64,000 nucleotides of DNA, from the NCBI RefSeq assembly GCF_009914755.1, contig NC_060945.1, one strand, 5' to 3'. Below are positions 45,126-62,140 of the stretch, in pieces (position 1 is the first letter of the stretch; the number at the start of each line of letters is the position of its first letter). The notes beneath the pieces were generated by a model. The model was not told the DNA's origin, did no database searches, and saw nothing but the letters and a program-made list of their open reading frames with translations. Origin of the DNA: the human T2T-CHM13v2.0 reference genome, Homo sapiens. The translations under genes and the position numbers were made by a program.

Positions 45126-48100
45126 AAAAAAATCACACACACACCAAAAAAAGAAATCCAATGGAAATAACCTTAAATATAAAAATTCTTAAAACCTTTT
45201 TTGTGGTGCTATTTACCTCAAGGGGAAGAAAAACTTTAATTTCAAACTGAGGGAGAATTCATTACATTGTGGTTCATCCGAATCGGCAATATTGCAGGGC
45301 CATTTTAAAGTACACCTAACAACACAGGGACAATCTTCTGTCATGTCAGACGGAAGGAGTGACCAGGAGTTGCACATAGAGAATTCTCACCACTGTTGGA
45401 AATCATCTGACAATCCACCACCAACAACTAGGGAGCGAGTGGGCAATCTGGGGGGGCCTGGCTGTCCTCCAGGGGACACCTCTCCAGTGGAGACACGGCG
45501 AGTGGCATCGTGGCCGTGCTGGAGGGACCAGGACAATCCCGAGGGAGACGAGATGGGGCAGCTGGGAGGGGAGGCAGAGGACTGCTGCTCCCACTGGCCC
45601 TTCGCGTCACTCACTTGTAAACCTGGGTGAGAAGACCTGGAGACCTCGCTCCCCAGCTGACGGGGACAGATGAGCCCTCCTGTGACGTGGGAACGATGCC
45701 GGCGCAGTGCCCTCCTCCTCCATCAGTGGGGTGTAGGGACCGTTCAGAGAGCGTTTGACAGTGTCTGTTTCAACATTTCAAATGCACACAGCCTTTGACC
45801 CGAGGACCCAGGTGTGGGATCCCCTACACAAAGCCACAGGGCGCCTGCGCAGGCCACCCACGGCGGCGGCGTCCACGGTCGCAGAGAACTGGGAACAGTG
45901 CTGCCTGCCTGGGGCCCCCACAGAAGGAGCCCAGTGTTCAAGTGTGCCGGGGAGATCTGCAGATAAGGACTGGTGGGGAATGCCGCGAAATGGATCGTTA
46001 AGGGGGAAAAGTCAAGTTGCGGAACAGCACAATCCCGTGTAGGTGGACCAAAAAGATACACAGACAGACACACAGATCTCCACTAAAGTTCCAGAGAAAA
46101 CCCAAGAGAACGTTGATTGTGGCTGCCTTTGCGGAGGGGGCCGGAGGCGTGGCCTGAGGCTTAAACGTTGCACCCTCCATGGCGTTTATAAGTTTACCAT
46201 GAGCACGTGTTGTTGAATCCGTAAGAAAAGCAGGTTTTTACTCATCCTGTTTTGAACACAGATGCTAATGAAGTCTTGGCAACATGCAGACATTGCTGGT
46301 GGTGGTTCCTTTGTTTATAAACTTCTCCTTTTTTGCAGAAGCTCAGTGCTGGTCTTCCCAACCCCAGTTCTGCTGAGGGCTGGTCCTGAATGCAGCGTCC
46401 CACAGCCCCAGGTACATTCCCAAGCACATGCTGAGGCCCAGAGCATTAAGGGTGCACCACACGCTGCCACTCAAGTGGCAGAGTTTAGAGGGTGGTCTTG
46501 TCCAGGCCCCTCCCCGCTGCCAGCCCGGGCCACACTGAGCCTGCCCCACACCCTGTGGCGGGGGCTCCAAGGCCCTCTGTGGAAGGCCTGCTGGCCTCAG
46601 GTTGAGGCTCCTCCCAAGACCCGTGTCCAGCAAGACCTGGGTTTGCCAAGATGACCCAAGGGCAGGGGCAGCAGCCGTGGTCATGGAGACCCCGCCCGGA
46701 CTCAGCCCCTGACAAGGGTCCCTCTGGGGACTGCACAGCCTGGGCAAGGGTTGAGGGTCTGCCCCTCTCCTGCCAGGGGAGGCACCAGCACTCTGTCCAG
46801 CCCTGAGGTCCGGCCCAGGGTGATTCCTTCCTGAGGAGGAGGACAGCAACGCAGCCCGGGGCACGCAGCCTGCGGCGGTCCACACACGCCAAACAGATTA
46901 AGGGCCCTTTTGCAGCCACAGTGCCCGGGCCTCACAAGTGCTGTGAACGGGACCCTGCACGTGGCCCAGCACCGTAAGCGCAGGTCTGCCCAGCAAACGC
47001 CCTGTGGTGAGCGTGGGGCTCAGTGGCCGCTGATGGAGACGCAGAACCTGGGGCCTCGCACAGCATGGCCCCCAGGCGCCAGGTTCCCCAGCCACACTGT
47101 CCCCGCACATCCTGGCGAGGTGCTCTCCTCCCAGCTCCCTGCGAGGAGCCCCTGCCTGTCACCAGAGACCAAAGGTGTGGGGACGATGCCATGGATTCCC
47201 CTCTTTGCTTCCAGACACGCTCGCTCTCAGGCTTGTCCATGGAGCTCCGAGCAGGGCCTGGGGCCTGGCTGCGGAGAGTGCCTCCTGCACACTGCGCCTG
47301 CTCAGAGTGCACATCTGAGGGTGGTGGCCAGCGTTTGAGAAGGACTCAGGAAGCAACCTCCCCCACCCCCAGCACAGGTGCTGGAGCGGCCCCTTGGTGA
47401 GTGGCAGAGCTGGCCTCCCGGGCATGGCTCGTGCTCGCAGACAGCAGTGTTCACGGGCACTGGCGAGGCTGCCTGCTCCATCGTCCAGGACCAGGCAGGC
47501 TGACCACGTCCTTTCCGGGCCCGGCCCGGTGGGAAGCTGAGGTTGGCCGTGGGAATCCCAGGCAGTGCTGGGTCAGGGACTCTGTCCTCTGCCCACCATC
47601 CCAACAAAAAGTCAAGGGTACATCTGTCAGCCCCACCCCAAATCACATGCAGGAACGGGTAATGTTTTTCCCAAACCTTTTAGAATAAAGCCTACTACTT
47701 TGCAGAAAGTGACCAAACCCTATATATATACTTTTTTCAGTAAAAAGCCACAGAAGGTCGGAGTCAATGCTATGTGGTGAGTGGATCATGGCTCCACACT
47801 CCCAGCCCCGCAGGGACAGGCGCCCACTTGTCCCTACCTGCTCCCCTGGCCGGTGGCTCTGAGGCCTCCCCAGGGTGGGACCTTCCCACCATGGGGCTGG
47901 CCTGGCTCTGGCCGGGGACATGAGTGGATGGGACACAGCACTCATGGGACTCGTGTGGCTGGTCTGACACCCCCCTCGCCCCTGACCCAGGAGAAGAGAC
48001 ACATGCAGCAGAGCAAACTGCCAGCCAGGACCAGCCTGGAAGAGCTGCCTGGGGCCCTGGAGGCCCACAAGCCTGCGCGCCACCTGCTCTACCCCTATGG

Positions 48101-48366
48101 GGACACTTCCATGACTGCAGCTGACCAGTCCACCTGCCAGCGGTTGACCACTCCCACTTCGCCAGCGACCGAAGGGGAGGGGAGGGGCCTCACCTGAGGG
48201 CAACAGCAGAACCCACCACCTGGTCTTGCTTTACTCAGACCTGAGGGTGTGAAAGGTGCCCGTGACCTCCCGCATCAGGGAGCTGGCCGCCACCCTCGAC
48301 TCCCGGGGAGCAGGCGTCCCGCGACCCCCTCATCTACCAGGCCATCTGAGCTGGGCGGCGCCTCAC

Positions 48367-48559
48367 CTCCGCTCCCGGGGGAGCCGGCCTCAGGGTAGGC
48401 ATGCGCCCTGGGTGGGAGCAGGTCGTGGCCGCCGCCCTCCTGGCAGCTCTGGCTGAGCAGCCGCCGCAGCATCTGATTCTCCTTCAGGAGGCGCACCTGC
48501 TTCTTCAGGTCCGCGTTCTCGCTCAGGAGCCGGCTCATCAGCTCGCCGCCTTCAGCCAT
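48367..48559 (-). CDS. SPATC1L: Speriolin-like protein, first coding exon ([33 protein letters not shown]...)
   Basis: Strong Kozak gccATGG; 193 nt; GTGAG donor; speriolin N-terminal coiled-coil (EN..LKKQVRL.KEN). Confidence 0.95.
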
Positions 48560-49139
48560 GGCGGGTGCGTCCCTCCTTGTCCCTCACGGCTCCTGCAGCC
48601 CCATGGAGGTGGGAGCCCAGAGCCCGCAGGCACCACAGAAACAGCCCAGGCACGGAGTTCCGTAGCCACCACCGCCTTCCACGCCTTGTGATGTCACTGC
48701 CCTAGTGATGAGGTGCCCAGCACCCTGCCTGCCCCTGCGATGGCTCATGGCCCCGTTGAGGCAGTGAAGCTGGAGGCCCGTGGCGTGCACAGGCAGCCAC
48801 TCCCACATTATGACCAGGGCCCGAGAATGCCAAGGACATTAGGCAGCTACGGGATGTAGCGACTGTACTCCAAGAGGGGCGTCCAAGCCACTCCCCATTG
48901 AGCGGCCCAGCCAGGGTCGGGTGTCCACCCTGTGTGGTGTCCTCAAGCTGGGTGGGGACGCTGCCTTCACCCGAGTAACATGTGGGCTGCACTTCCCATA
49001 GGACCTGCCCAGGACACAGGGTTCCCAGTGCAGCTTCCTGTGGACCCTGGCACCCAGGGCAGCAACTGATGTGCAGGTGTTCATCAGGGTCCGTCCTTGG
49101 CACCCACACTTGAGGAGGGAGGGACTGGCAAGGGCAGTG

Positions 49140-49735
49140 GGAGGAGACCAGCATGTGGGGGAGACCAGCCTGGTGGGGAGACCAGCTTGTGGGGGAGACC
49201 AGTCTGCGGGGGAGACCAGCCTGGGGAGGAGACCAGCCTGCAGGGGAGACCAGCCTGCGGGGGAGACCAGCCTGGGCGGGGAGATCAGCCTGGGGGAGGA
49301 GACCAGCCTGGTGAGGAGACCAGCCTGGGGGAGGAGACCAGCCTTGTGGGGGAGACCAGCCTGCGGGGGAGACCAGCCTGGGCGGGGAGATCAGCCTGGG
49401 GGAGGAGACCAGCCTGGTGAGGAGACCAGCCTGGGGGAGGAGACCAGCTTGCGGGGGAGACCAGCCTGCGGGGGAGACCAGCCTGGGCGGGGAGATCAGC
49501 CTGGGGGAGGAGACCAGCCTGGTGAGGAGACCAGCCTGGGGGAGGAGACCAGCTTGCGGGGGAGACCAGCCTGCGGGGGAGACCAGCCTGGGCGGGGAGA
49601 TCAGCCTGGGGGAGGAGACCAGCCTGGTGAGGAGACCAGCCTGGGGGAGGAGACCAGCCTTGTGGGGGAGACCAGCCTGGGGGAGGAGACCAGTCTTGCG
49701 GGGGAGACCAGCCTAGGGTGGGGAGACCAGCCTGA
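49140..49735. repeat. 17-19-bp VNTR upstream of the SPATC1L ATG
   Basis: GGGGAGACCAGCCTG core with ~120-bp higher-order blocks marked by GGGCGGGGAGATCAGC. Confidence 0.95.
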
Positions 49736-50184
49736 GGCAGCCCCACGATGGCCCCCACATGCTTTGGAGCACTGGGTGGCCCTGAGGGCTGGGCTGGAGG
49801 CCACCTACTGACCTCACTCCCTGATGAGAAGGGTCCAGCAGTGCATGTCCACCCCTCAGACCACGAGCGCCCGTGTCTAAGACACCAATTGTTCCTGACT
49901 GCACTGCTCCTGCCTGCACGTAACTGAGGACGCCCCCAACCCATGGCCACGGCCCCTCGGGCCGTCACACAGGGCTGCGGCTCATGGGGCCCTGCTAGAG
50001 CAGGCGTCTGTCCTCAGTCAGTGCGACCGACTTGAAACCCACCCTGACTCCCTGCTTCAATTACTTGGGAAAGTAAATCACCTCAGTGTTGTTTCTTGGC
50101 TCCGAGGGTCTTGTTTTATCAGCAGCCGGGATGCAACAGATGGGTCATCTCATCCTCATGGGAAGGGACGTACGGCAGAAAGCA

Positions 50185-51046
50185 CAACCCAGTGGGCCGG
50201 CCACACCTCCAGCCCTGTGACGGGCACCCACCACCACCAACCCAGTGGGCCGGCCACACCTCCAGCCCTGTGACGGGCACCCACCACCACCAACCCAGTG
50301 GGCCGGCCACACCTCCAGCCCTGTGACGGGCACCCACCACCACCAACCCAGTGGGCCAGCCACACCTCCAGCCCTGTGACGGGCACCCACCACCACCAAC
50401 CCAGTGGGCCGGCCACACCTCCAGCCCTGTGATGGGCACCCACCACCACCAACCCAGTGGGCCGGCCACACCTCCAGCCCTGTGACGGGCACCCACCACC
50501 ACCAACCCAGTGGGCCGGCCACACCTCCAGCCCTGTGACGGGCACCCACCACCACCAACCCAGTGGGCCGGCCACACCTCCAGCCCTGTGATGGGTACTC
50601 AGGACCACCACCAACCCAGTGGGCCGGCCACACCTCCAGCCCTGTGACGGGCACCCACCACCACCAACCCAGTGGGCCGGCCACACCTCCAGCCCTGTGA
50701 CGGGCACTCAGGACCACCAACAACCCAGTGGGCCGGCCACACCTCCAGCCCTGTGATGGGTACTCAGGACCACCAACAACCCAGTGGGCCGGCCACACCT
50801 CCAGCCCTGTGACGGGCACCCACCACCACCAACCCAGTGGGCCGGCCACACCTCCAGCCCTGTGACGGGCACCCACCACCACCAACCCAGTGGGCCGGCC
50901 ACACCTCCAGCCCTGTGACGGGCACCCACCACCACCAACCCAGTGGGCCGGCCACACCTCCAGCCCTGTGATGGGCACCCACCACCACCACCATCCCAGT
51001 GGGCCGGCCACACCTCCAGCCCTGTGACGGGCACTCAGGACCACCA
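50185..51046. repeat. 53-bp CpG-containing VNTR, ~16 copies, in the probable SPATC1L promoter region
   Basis: Unit CAACCCAGTGGGCCGGCCACACCTCCAGCCCTGTGACGGGCACCCACCACCAC. Confidence 0.97.
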
Positions 51047-51479
51047 AGGGCACTCAGGTGCAGATGCCCCTGGGAGAACACCACCTTCATTCAGCCCGGG
51101 CGGCCAGATTAGGGGAAGGTTGCTTCTAGGAGAGAAAGTCTTGAGTCAGGCTTTGTGGAGAAAGGAGGTTTCTACACCCCAAGCGTTCCTGACACAACCC
51201 AACCAGCCTGGTGTTGCACCACAGGGCTCACACCTCAGATCAAGACAACGGGGGCCCAGCCACAGCCCACTGACGAGGGCATGCAGGGCGTCCAGGATGC
51301 AGGGCAGAGAGAGAAGCGAGGGATGAGTCACGGATGCGCCCCCCGCTCTGAGCCCGACGGGGCCCTGAATGGCTTTTCCTGCCCTGGCTCCTCCCATCAT
51401 ATTTTAAATGCCGTCTTCCTCCCGCTCCAAGGAAACCTTCTCTTGACGTCAGGTACTCTCCAGCCACGGACCTATCAAC

Positions 51480-54600
<3,121 letters not shown>

Positions 54601-55410
54601 CTGAAACTTTACATCATAGTGAACAAAGAAAACCTAATATGATGCCAGGGAAAAGATTTCAGGATGTTCAAAATCTGTTCCTGATAAAAATAATCTGAAT
54701 TCAAAAATCTTTCATGACTGATTTTTAATCACACTGAGGCAAATATCCCCCTCAGACAGAGGCTGCACCGGTACAGCTGCCATCTCCTCTTGGTGGTGTC
54801 CTTTGTCAAGAGCATGTCAGGGTGATGAGTCATCTGGGACAGGTCACCCTCCCAGCACCGAGAAGCCGACGGGGGAGGAACAGACTCCTCTGCATTGTGA
54901 TCCAATTGTGAACAAAAAGTCCTCTTCATGGAACAGGAAAAATACACTCCCTCTAAACAATGGATTGAACACAGATGTGATTTCTAAAGAAGACTGAAGG
55001 CAGGGATACTGACACTGAAGTCCTGCCTGTGTAATAACACCGAAGAGGGCAGGGAATCGCTGCGTCCTGTGACTTGAAGGCCACTGTGAAGGAAAACAAT
55101 GCAGTGAAAGAAAGTTCCTCCTATGTGGACATTGTATCACGTTTATTTATCTTCCTGGATATGCTTATGGCCTTTAAAACATATTAAAATAGGCTATGCT
55201 ATTATCTCTTAAAATATCTGTTTTACCTCAGGTAACTGGAGACGCACCCTGCTACTCCTCACGTCACTCTTGTTCCCTAAACCAGGCTGGGCCTCCCACT
55301 CGCCCCACAGGCAGGTGACGTATGACAGCCAGAAACCCCAAATCTGCAGTTCTCCCCAGGATGAAACGAAACACAGTGTGACAGGCTTCTGATAAGGGAA
55401 TCAATGTCTG

Positions 55411-55416
55411 TTTATT
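55411..55416 (-). terminator. LSS polyA signal AATAAA (second AATAAA at 55142-55147)
   Basis: TTTATT on plus; GT-rich downstream element on minus (ctgtgtttcgttt). Confidence 0.75.
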
Positions 55417-56589
55417 AAGGCAGATGCTCATAAAAGTGACTTTCAGTAACATTTTCAGTATAAAAATGGATTTACATTTCATTTCTGGAAAACCGTTTTG
55501 TACAGTCTGACCATGGCTAGGAGTCCCAGGGACAGCAGCCTCTGCTCAGGGCAGACTCTGTGATTCACTGTCTGTCCTGCTGCTACCCCACGTGGGGGAG
55601 AACACGTGGGCTGAGAAAAAAAAACAGCATGTGCAAACCTGACAGATGTCAAGGGTCCCAACACAGTTCCTTCAGCGAAAATAAAGCCCAGTTTTAAGAT
55701 GTGCAGGGAAGTGTTGACACTGAACAGGCAGCTGACCAAGCCCTGCAGGGCTCTGAGCAGGCAGGCGAGTCCCAAGGAGAGTCAGTGACAGCACATGGGG
55801 CAAGGGAGCTGGACAGAAGACCCCAGAGGGTGCGGCACCTGGGTGAGAGCCCTGGACCGCACACCAAGGCAGAGGGGTGCCCCTGAAGGACTCTGGGCAG
55901 GCAATGACAGGATCTGAGGGTGTCCAGACGCAGATCTCCACTGCCTGAGGGAGAGTGATCAGCCAGGGGGAGAGGCCAGGGACTGCTACCTGCCCAGAAG
56001 GCGGCAGGGAGGGGAAGAGCAGATGAGGAGGTATAGGGTGTGCCCTGGGCAAGGCAGCAGGGGTAACGAAGCTCTCAGTGACTCCTCCCAGTAGCCAGGG
56101 GAGAGCAGTGACAGTCTCAGGTGGCCCTGAGCATGTGAGCTGCTCATCCACATCAGGCAAAGGCAAAGCCAGGACCTGAACTTCCCACCCCAAGCCCTAC
56201 ATCCATGCAAGCCAGACCAGACTGGGTCAGAGGCTAGAAGGGAGCTCACAGGATTGCCTGGGGAAGCCTCGGCCCAAAACCTGGCCCTCGCTCCAGCCCA
56301 GAGCACCCACCTGGGCATGAGACTGGCGGCAGCCGTAGGGGTGCCCTGGGTATATGCCGGGCTCCCAGGGTGCCATACCTGCCAGCCAGCCCAGGGAGTG
56401 GTGATGGGCTGGGCGCTGGCTGTCCCTGCACATAGCAGTGCCCCGCGGCAGTAACTACAACTGCTGCCTGCCCCTCACCCCTGGTTATGCTCGGCCTCCC
56501 CTGTGCATTTCTGTGTCCGTAAGTGTCCCCTGTGCATTTCTGTGTCCACAAGACTACTATAAACCCTGTAGACACCTCACAAACAGCAT

Positions 56590-56845
56590 TCCACGCAGGT
56601 GGGTTCATGTCCCAGGGGCATGGGGCTCCCTGCTGCACAGACTTGGGATGTTCCATGACAGACCCTGCATATGCAGGCGAGCTCACAACCCAGGGGTATG
56701 CGGCTCCATGACACCACCCCATACTCAGGCGAGCTCACGACCCAGGGGCATGAGGCTCCATGACACCACCCCATACGCAGGCAAGCTCACGACCCAGGGG
56801 CATGGGGCTCCCTGCTGCACGGCCTCAGGATGCTCCATGAGCAAC
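56590..56845. repeat. Degenerate tandem repeat in the LSS 3' UTR
   Basis: CAGGCGAGCTCACGACCCAGGGGCATG.GGCTCC recurring ~4 times. Confidence 0.8.
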
Positions 56846-57365
56846 CCCCGCACTGGGCTATTCACGGATGCACACTACCTGCCATTGTCACAGGGTTGCC
56901 CTCGTGTCCCTCAGCCCAGCAGACAAAAGGTGCAGGAGAAGCCTGCCCAGGGCCGACCCCAGCCCAGAGCCCACTCGACACTAAGGAATCACACAGGCAC
57001 AGCTGCTCCTCTCCCAAGAACTCAGCTATTGGTCAGAAAAAACCTCCTAGCCTCACTACCTTGAGGCCGTGCCCAGAGGTGGCAGAAGGCGCTGTGCCTC
57101 CTCAGGGGTCACGGCTCCTGTGCCCCCTTCCTCACCCAAGCCCGACAAGCTACTTTCAGAAATGAACCTACAGTAAAAATCAAGAGTCTAAGCCACCCAC
57201 CCTGTCCCCATCCCTGCCTCCAGCCTGGCCCCCAGATTCACATCTATGAGATAGAGGTTGAGGGGTTGGAGCCCAAGACAGGGTTATGGGAGGGCTCCCC
57301 AACCCGGCCAGGACCCCTTGGCCTCACTGGAACGCACAGACGGCACCCAGCAGGTAGGCATGTTC

Positions 57366-57497
<132 letters not shown>

Positions 57498-58142
57498 CTA
57501 AAAGAACACAGAGAAATAAACACAAAGGCTTCACCAGTCAGCTGAGGGCTAGTCCCTGAACTGGAGCCCTGGCTGTTGGCTTGGCTGGCTTGTGGGTGAG
57601 TCAGCCTGGAAAGGGCTAATTAAGCAAGAGCATAGGAAAGCAAGTAGTCCATCCCGCGTCAGTCATGGCACCATCAGCCCAGCTCAGACTCCCCGCCCTG
57701 CAGCAGACCCTAAGCCAGGGTCACCAGCCCCTCACAACCACATCAGCTTCCACCAACTCAGCCTCATCCCAGGGGAGGGCGGTTGGCCTCACATGACCTC
57801 ATGACACCCACACCACAGGGACTTCTGGCTCAGTGAGGGGCCACTAGGTCATCTGGAGTGGGAGGGTCTGTCCTGCAGCAAAAAGGCTTCCCGCCCACTG
57901 GCTTCTCCCATCCAGCTCCTCCCCCACCCAGAGCATCACTTGAAACAACAGCAAGATCTGGACTTTAGGACCCGACCACCTGCCACAGACCTGCCACCAA
58001 CTGTGGCATTCACTGGCAGAGGTGACGCCTCCCAAGTGTCCAAAGTACCCCAAAAAGGACACAGAGCAGGGGGACGTGGAAACAGCCATGCACGCTGGAG
58101 GTCAGTGCTGGGCCTTGTGCGCTCAGGTCCCTGGCGGCATAC

Positions 58143-58221
58143 CTGCGGCCAGTCGCCATTGGGGAGCTGTTTCTCAAGTAGACACCGGACTCCTCTCTCC
58201 TGGGCCTCGATGTCAGGATGC
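58143..58221 (-). CDS. LSS: LSS exon 21 ([26 protein letters not shown])
   Basis: 79 nt, AG/GT; QW repeat QLPNGDW. Confidence 0.97.
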
Positions 58222-58747
58222 CTGGTGGAAGAGAAGGCTGAAACACACCCAGCATGCATGCCCCCACAGCATCATCCTCACCCTCACACAGCCGAGCATA
58301 AGGGCAAACCCTGGAATGCTGCAGTGAGAATGGATGGGTCTAAACTGACGCCCACAGGCCCCGCCAGGTGCAGCCAGCGCCTCGGGCTCTTGCCACACCT
58401 TCTTCCTAGGCTCCCTGAGAAGCGGAGCCACAGCAATGACAGGCTGGGGACACAGGCCTCCTCAGGCCTGCCCTGGTGTTCCCCCCTGAAGAGGACGCCA
58501 AGCCTTGTTCCCACCTGGCCCACTGGTCCTCATGGGCCTCTGGAGACCCACAGGAGCTCACACTTGCTTGCTGGCCAGGATAAGACACCAAGAAGGATCC
58601 AGGGCTCAGCGGGCCCAGCTCAACTGTGGGTCCCTGACTGTCCTGCCCTCAGGGGTCCCCCAGACCCTGCTGCTCCTGCTCAAGCAGACCTGCCCTAGCT
58701 TTTAGGGTTTTAGGAAGATTCCCCAAATGGCCACAAACCTAATAGGG

Positions 58748-60360
58748 CAGCACAGACGGGATGTTGCGGGTGCATCTGTATGTATGTGTGCACAGGTGCC
58801 TGTGCATGTGTACGTGTGCGCATAGACCTGTATGTACATCTGTCTCCATGTACGTATGTCTGTGTGTGGCACAGATGCGATACTGCGGGTGCATCTGCAT
58901 ATGTGTGCACAGGTGCCTGTGCATGTGTACATGTGTGCATAGACCTGTGTGTGCATCTGTCTCCATGTACGTATGTCTGTGTGTGGCACAGATGGGATAC
59001 TGCGGGTGCATCTGCATGTGTGTACACAGGTGCCTGTGCATGTGTACATGTGTGCATAGACCTGTGTGTACATCTGTCTCCATGTACGTATGTCTGTGTG
59101 TGGCACAGATGGGATACTGCGGGTGCATCTGCATATGTGTGCACAGGTGCCTGTGCATGTGTACATGTGTGCATAGACCTGTATGTGCATCTGTCTCCAT
59201 GTACGTATGTCTGTGTGTGGCACAGATGGGATACTGCGGGTGCATCTGCATGTGTGTACACAGGTGCCTGTGCATGTGTACATGTGTGCATAGACCTGTA
59301 TGTGCATCTGTCTCCATGTACGTATGTCTGTGTGTGGCACAGATGGGATACTGCGGGTGCATCTGCATGTGTGTACACAGGTGCCTGTGCATGCATACGT
59401 GTGTGCATAGACCTGTGTGTGCATCTGTCTTCATGTACCTATGTCTGTGTGTGGCACAGATGGGATGCTGTGGGTGTATCTGCATGTGTGTACATAGGTG
59501 CCTGTGCATGCGTATGTATGTGTGTGCACAGACCTGTGTGTGCATCTGTCTCCATGTACCTACGTCTGTGTGTGGCACAGATGGGATGCTGTGGGTGTAT
59601 CTGCATGTGTGTACACAGGTGCCTGTGCATGCGTATGTATGTGTGTGCACAGACCTGTGTGTGCATCTGTCTCCATGTACCTACGTCTGTGTGTGGCACA
59701 GATGGTATGCTGTGGGTGTATCTGCGTGTGTGTACACAGGTGCCTGTGCATGCGTATGTATGTGTGTGCACAGACCTGTGTGTGCATCTGTCTCCATGTA
59801 CCTACGTCTGTGTGTGGCACAGATGGGATCCTGTGGGTGCATCTGTACGTGTGTGTACACAGGTGCCTGTGCATGCGTATGTGTGTGCATAGACCTGTGT
59901 GTGCATCTGTCTCCATGTACCTATGTCTGTGTGTGGCACAGATGGGATGCTGTGGGTGTATCTGCATGTGTGTACACAGGTGCCTGTGCATGCGTATGTA
60001 TGTGTGTGCACAGACCTGTGTGTGCATCTGTCTCCATGTACCTACGTCTGTGTGTGGCACAGATGGGATCCTGTGGGTGCATCTGTACGTGTGTGTACAC
60101 AGGTGCCTGTGCATGCATACGTGTGTGCACAGACCTGTGTGTGCATCTGTCTCCATGTACCTATGTCAGTGTGTGGCACAGATGGGATGCTGTGGGTGCA
60201 TCTGTATGTGTGTGGACACAGGTGCCTGTGTGGGCATGCGTACGTGTGTGCATAGGCCTGTGTGTGCATCTGTCTCCATGTACATCTGTGTGTGCACATC
60301 AGTGTGTACACTGATGCCTGCCTGCATGCGTCTGCGTGTGTGTGCACCTGGCACATATGT
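58748..60360. repeat. 117-121-bp minisatellite, ~13 copies, RY-alternating, LSS intron 20
   Basis: CACAGATG anchors at 58870, 58987, 59104, 59221, 59338, 59455 (117-bp spacing), then 119-121-bp spacing. Confidence 0.96.
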
Positions 60361-60736
60361 GGCTCAGCACCAGCTGTGAACACAGTAGGGCCACAGAGAG
60401 CAGCTGCTGTGACCGTCATCACTACCACACCAGGAAGCAGCATCCTCATCGCAGCCCACCTCGCTGTTTCCATGGGTCCCTGATGTGCTTGCTCTTCCAC
60501 TGACATGGCTAATGGTGGGTGGTTCACTTCTAAGAGGCGAGCCTCTCTGCAGGGCCCCACTTGGTCAGAGCAGCCCACGTTCTTGCCCCAGGAACCAGGC
60601 ATGTGGCTCTTGTAGGTGTCTGTTCCCAGAGTGGCAGCTGACCTGGCCCACAGGCCTCCCCTCCTCTCTACATTCACTCAGCCCAGGCCACCGGCTCACA
60701 GCTGAGTGTCCCTCCTCTACCCAAACCCAAGGCTCA

Positions 60737-61045
<309 letters not shown>

Positions 61046-61566
61046 CTACCTAAGGGCCATGGGCCACTACTGAAACCCGAGCTTGACTTTTGCAGATGTG
61101 AACTGGGAACAGATACTCCTGCCTCCCAGAGTCGCTGGGAAGACAAAGGGACATGCGAGTACCGAGGATGGCCTCACGGACGCGTCAGGCTGAGTGAGGT
61201 CTGCAGTGCTTGGGAGCAGCGTCTCACAAGCTGCACTCAGCCAAGCACGGTGCTCCCCACCTCTAAACATCCACACGGCAGACTCTGGGAGACAGTGGGG
61301 CAGCTGGAGACAGGGCTGGGAGAGAGTCCGGCGGCTGGAGACACGGCTGGGACCGGAGATCTCCTGCCTTCTAACCCGCTCCAGCGAGGCCGTGGACCCT
61401 AATCTTCCTACTCAGGGTTGGGAGGCATCTGTATGCCTGGAGGGGCCGGAGACCAGAAGCGTCCCTCCAGCATACATGTCAGGAAGCTCCAGAGAGCTGT
61501 GGGACCAGGGAAACATCTTCATTTCAACCGGGGATCTTATCTCACTGTTTAAAAATATTAAAAACA

Positions 61567-61855
61567 GGCCAGGCACATTGGCTCATGCCTGTAACCCCAG
61601 CACTTTGGAAGGCCGAGGTAGGAAGACTGCTTGAGCCCAAACCAGTGTGAGCAACACAGCAAGACTCCATCTCTACATAAAAGTTTTAAAAGATTAGCCC
61701 GGGGTGGTGGCGTGCACCTGTGATCCCAGCTACTCGGGAGGATCGCTTGAGCCCACGAGTTTGAGACTGCAGTGAGCTAGGATCATGCCACTGCATGTCA
61801 GCCCGGTTGACAGAGCGAGACTCCGTCTCAAAAACAAACAAACAAACAAACAAAC
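61567..61855 (+). mobile_element. AluJ-like with AAAC tail; another Alu starts at ~63875 and runs off the window
   Basis: Alu consensus similarity. Confidence 0.85.
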
Positions 61856-61942
61856 CCTAAAACCAAATGTCAAAGCAAAAAACACTCATGACAGAGCATT
61901 GGGTTGAGAACCCCCACCCACCAGAGGACAGGCACTCACTCA

Positions 61943-62140
<198 letters not shown>

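Larger units (their letters stand above)
55390..57365 (-). other. LSS: LSS 3' UTR (~2 kb)
   Basis: Runs from the stop codon to just past AATAAA at 55416-55411; the end is inferred. Confidence 0.7.

Noticed and set aside
50040-50200. Exact SPATC1L non-coding first exon and TSS
   Set aside because: Several candidate donors and no TATA box; boundaries cannot be fixed from sequence
58702-60379. Cys/His-rich ORFs up to 517 aa resembling metallothionein or zinc fingers
   Set aside because: Product of the TG/CA-rich minisatellite within an LSS intron
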